Assembly: GCA_028023455.1 (NCBI GenBank)
Contig: JAQFVV010000011.1
Location: 1 to 64,000, forward strand
Reading direction: 5' to 3'
DNA length: 64,000 nt
DNA from: Epiperipatus broadwayi
Lineage: Eukaryota; Animalia; Onychophora
Below are positions 63,780 through 64,000 of the stretch, in pieces. The notes below the pieces were generated by a model. That model searched no databases, was not told the DNA's origin, and worked only from the letters and a program-made list of their open reading frames with translations. The position numbers and the translations under genes were made by a program. The first letter of the stretch is position 1, and the number at the start of each line of letters is the position of its first letter.

Positions 63780-64000
63780 ACGTTAAACAAAAATCAGCAA
63801 GATATGAAACAAAGCCAGTAGGCAATGATATAAAACATTAAACAAGAAATGATACAAAGTCAACAAGAAATCAAACAAAGAATAAATCAAAGTCAACAAG
63901 AAATAAAAGAGATGAAGCAAGAATTAATGGATAAGGCATATAAAACTCAGAATGCAATAAAAGCATTAAAAAAAGTAAGTAAAAATATTGAATAAGTAGA
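63780..64000 (+). other. Coiled-coil-like repetitive coding remnant (possible gag/ORF1 of a retroelement)
   Basis: QEMIQSQQEIKQRINQSQQEIKEMKQELMDK-type repeats; runs off the window edge. Confidence 0.3.

Overview
AT-rich, repeat-dense eukaryotic (invertebrate-like) genomic DNA with spliced genes, not prokaryotic. One gene is firmly identified: the 5' half of esterase D / S-formylglutathione hydrolase (ESD) on the minus strand. Its four coding exons lie at 17097-17027, 10107-10019, 7430-7332 and 873-749, the promoter is near 20.9-21.2 kb, and the gene continues off the left edge. Weaker evidence supports a second minus-strand gene starting near 46.1-46.3 kb and plus-strand coding exons at 53.0-54.9 kb, both unidentified. 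Most of the rest is decayed transposons: RTE-type and other LINEs, two Penelope-like (PLE) GIY-YIG/RT remnants, a mariner, an internally deleted Ty3/Gypsy element with both LTRs, a solo LTR with a 5-bp TSD, tRNA-derived SINEs and (AAT)n microsatellites. The most striking unexplained structure is a set of about a dozen short non-coding elements from at least 4-5 sequence families. They carry minimal type I hammerhead ribozyme (HHR) motifs with short, mostly palindromic stem III, and most are head-to-head fold-back hairpins whose apex often falls at the ribozyme 5' boundary or cleavage site. They look like non-autonomous PLE/retrozyme derivatives. Nearly every copy has core or stem mutations, so activity is untested inference. 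All coordinates were read by eye; exon edges are precise, but transposon edges may be off by tens of bases.
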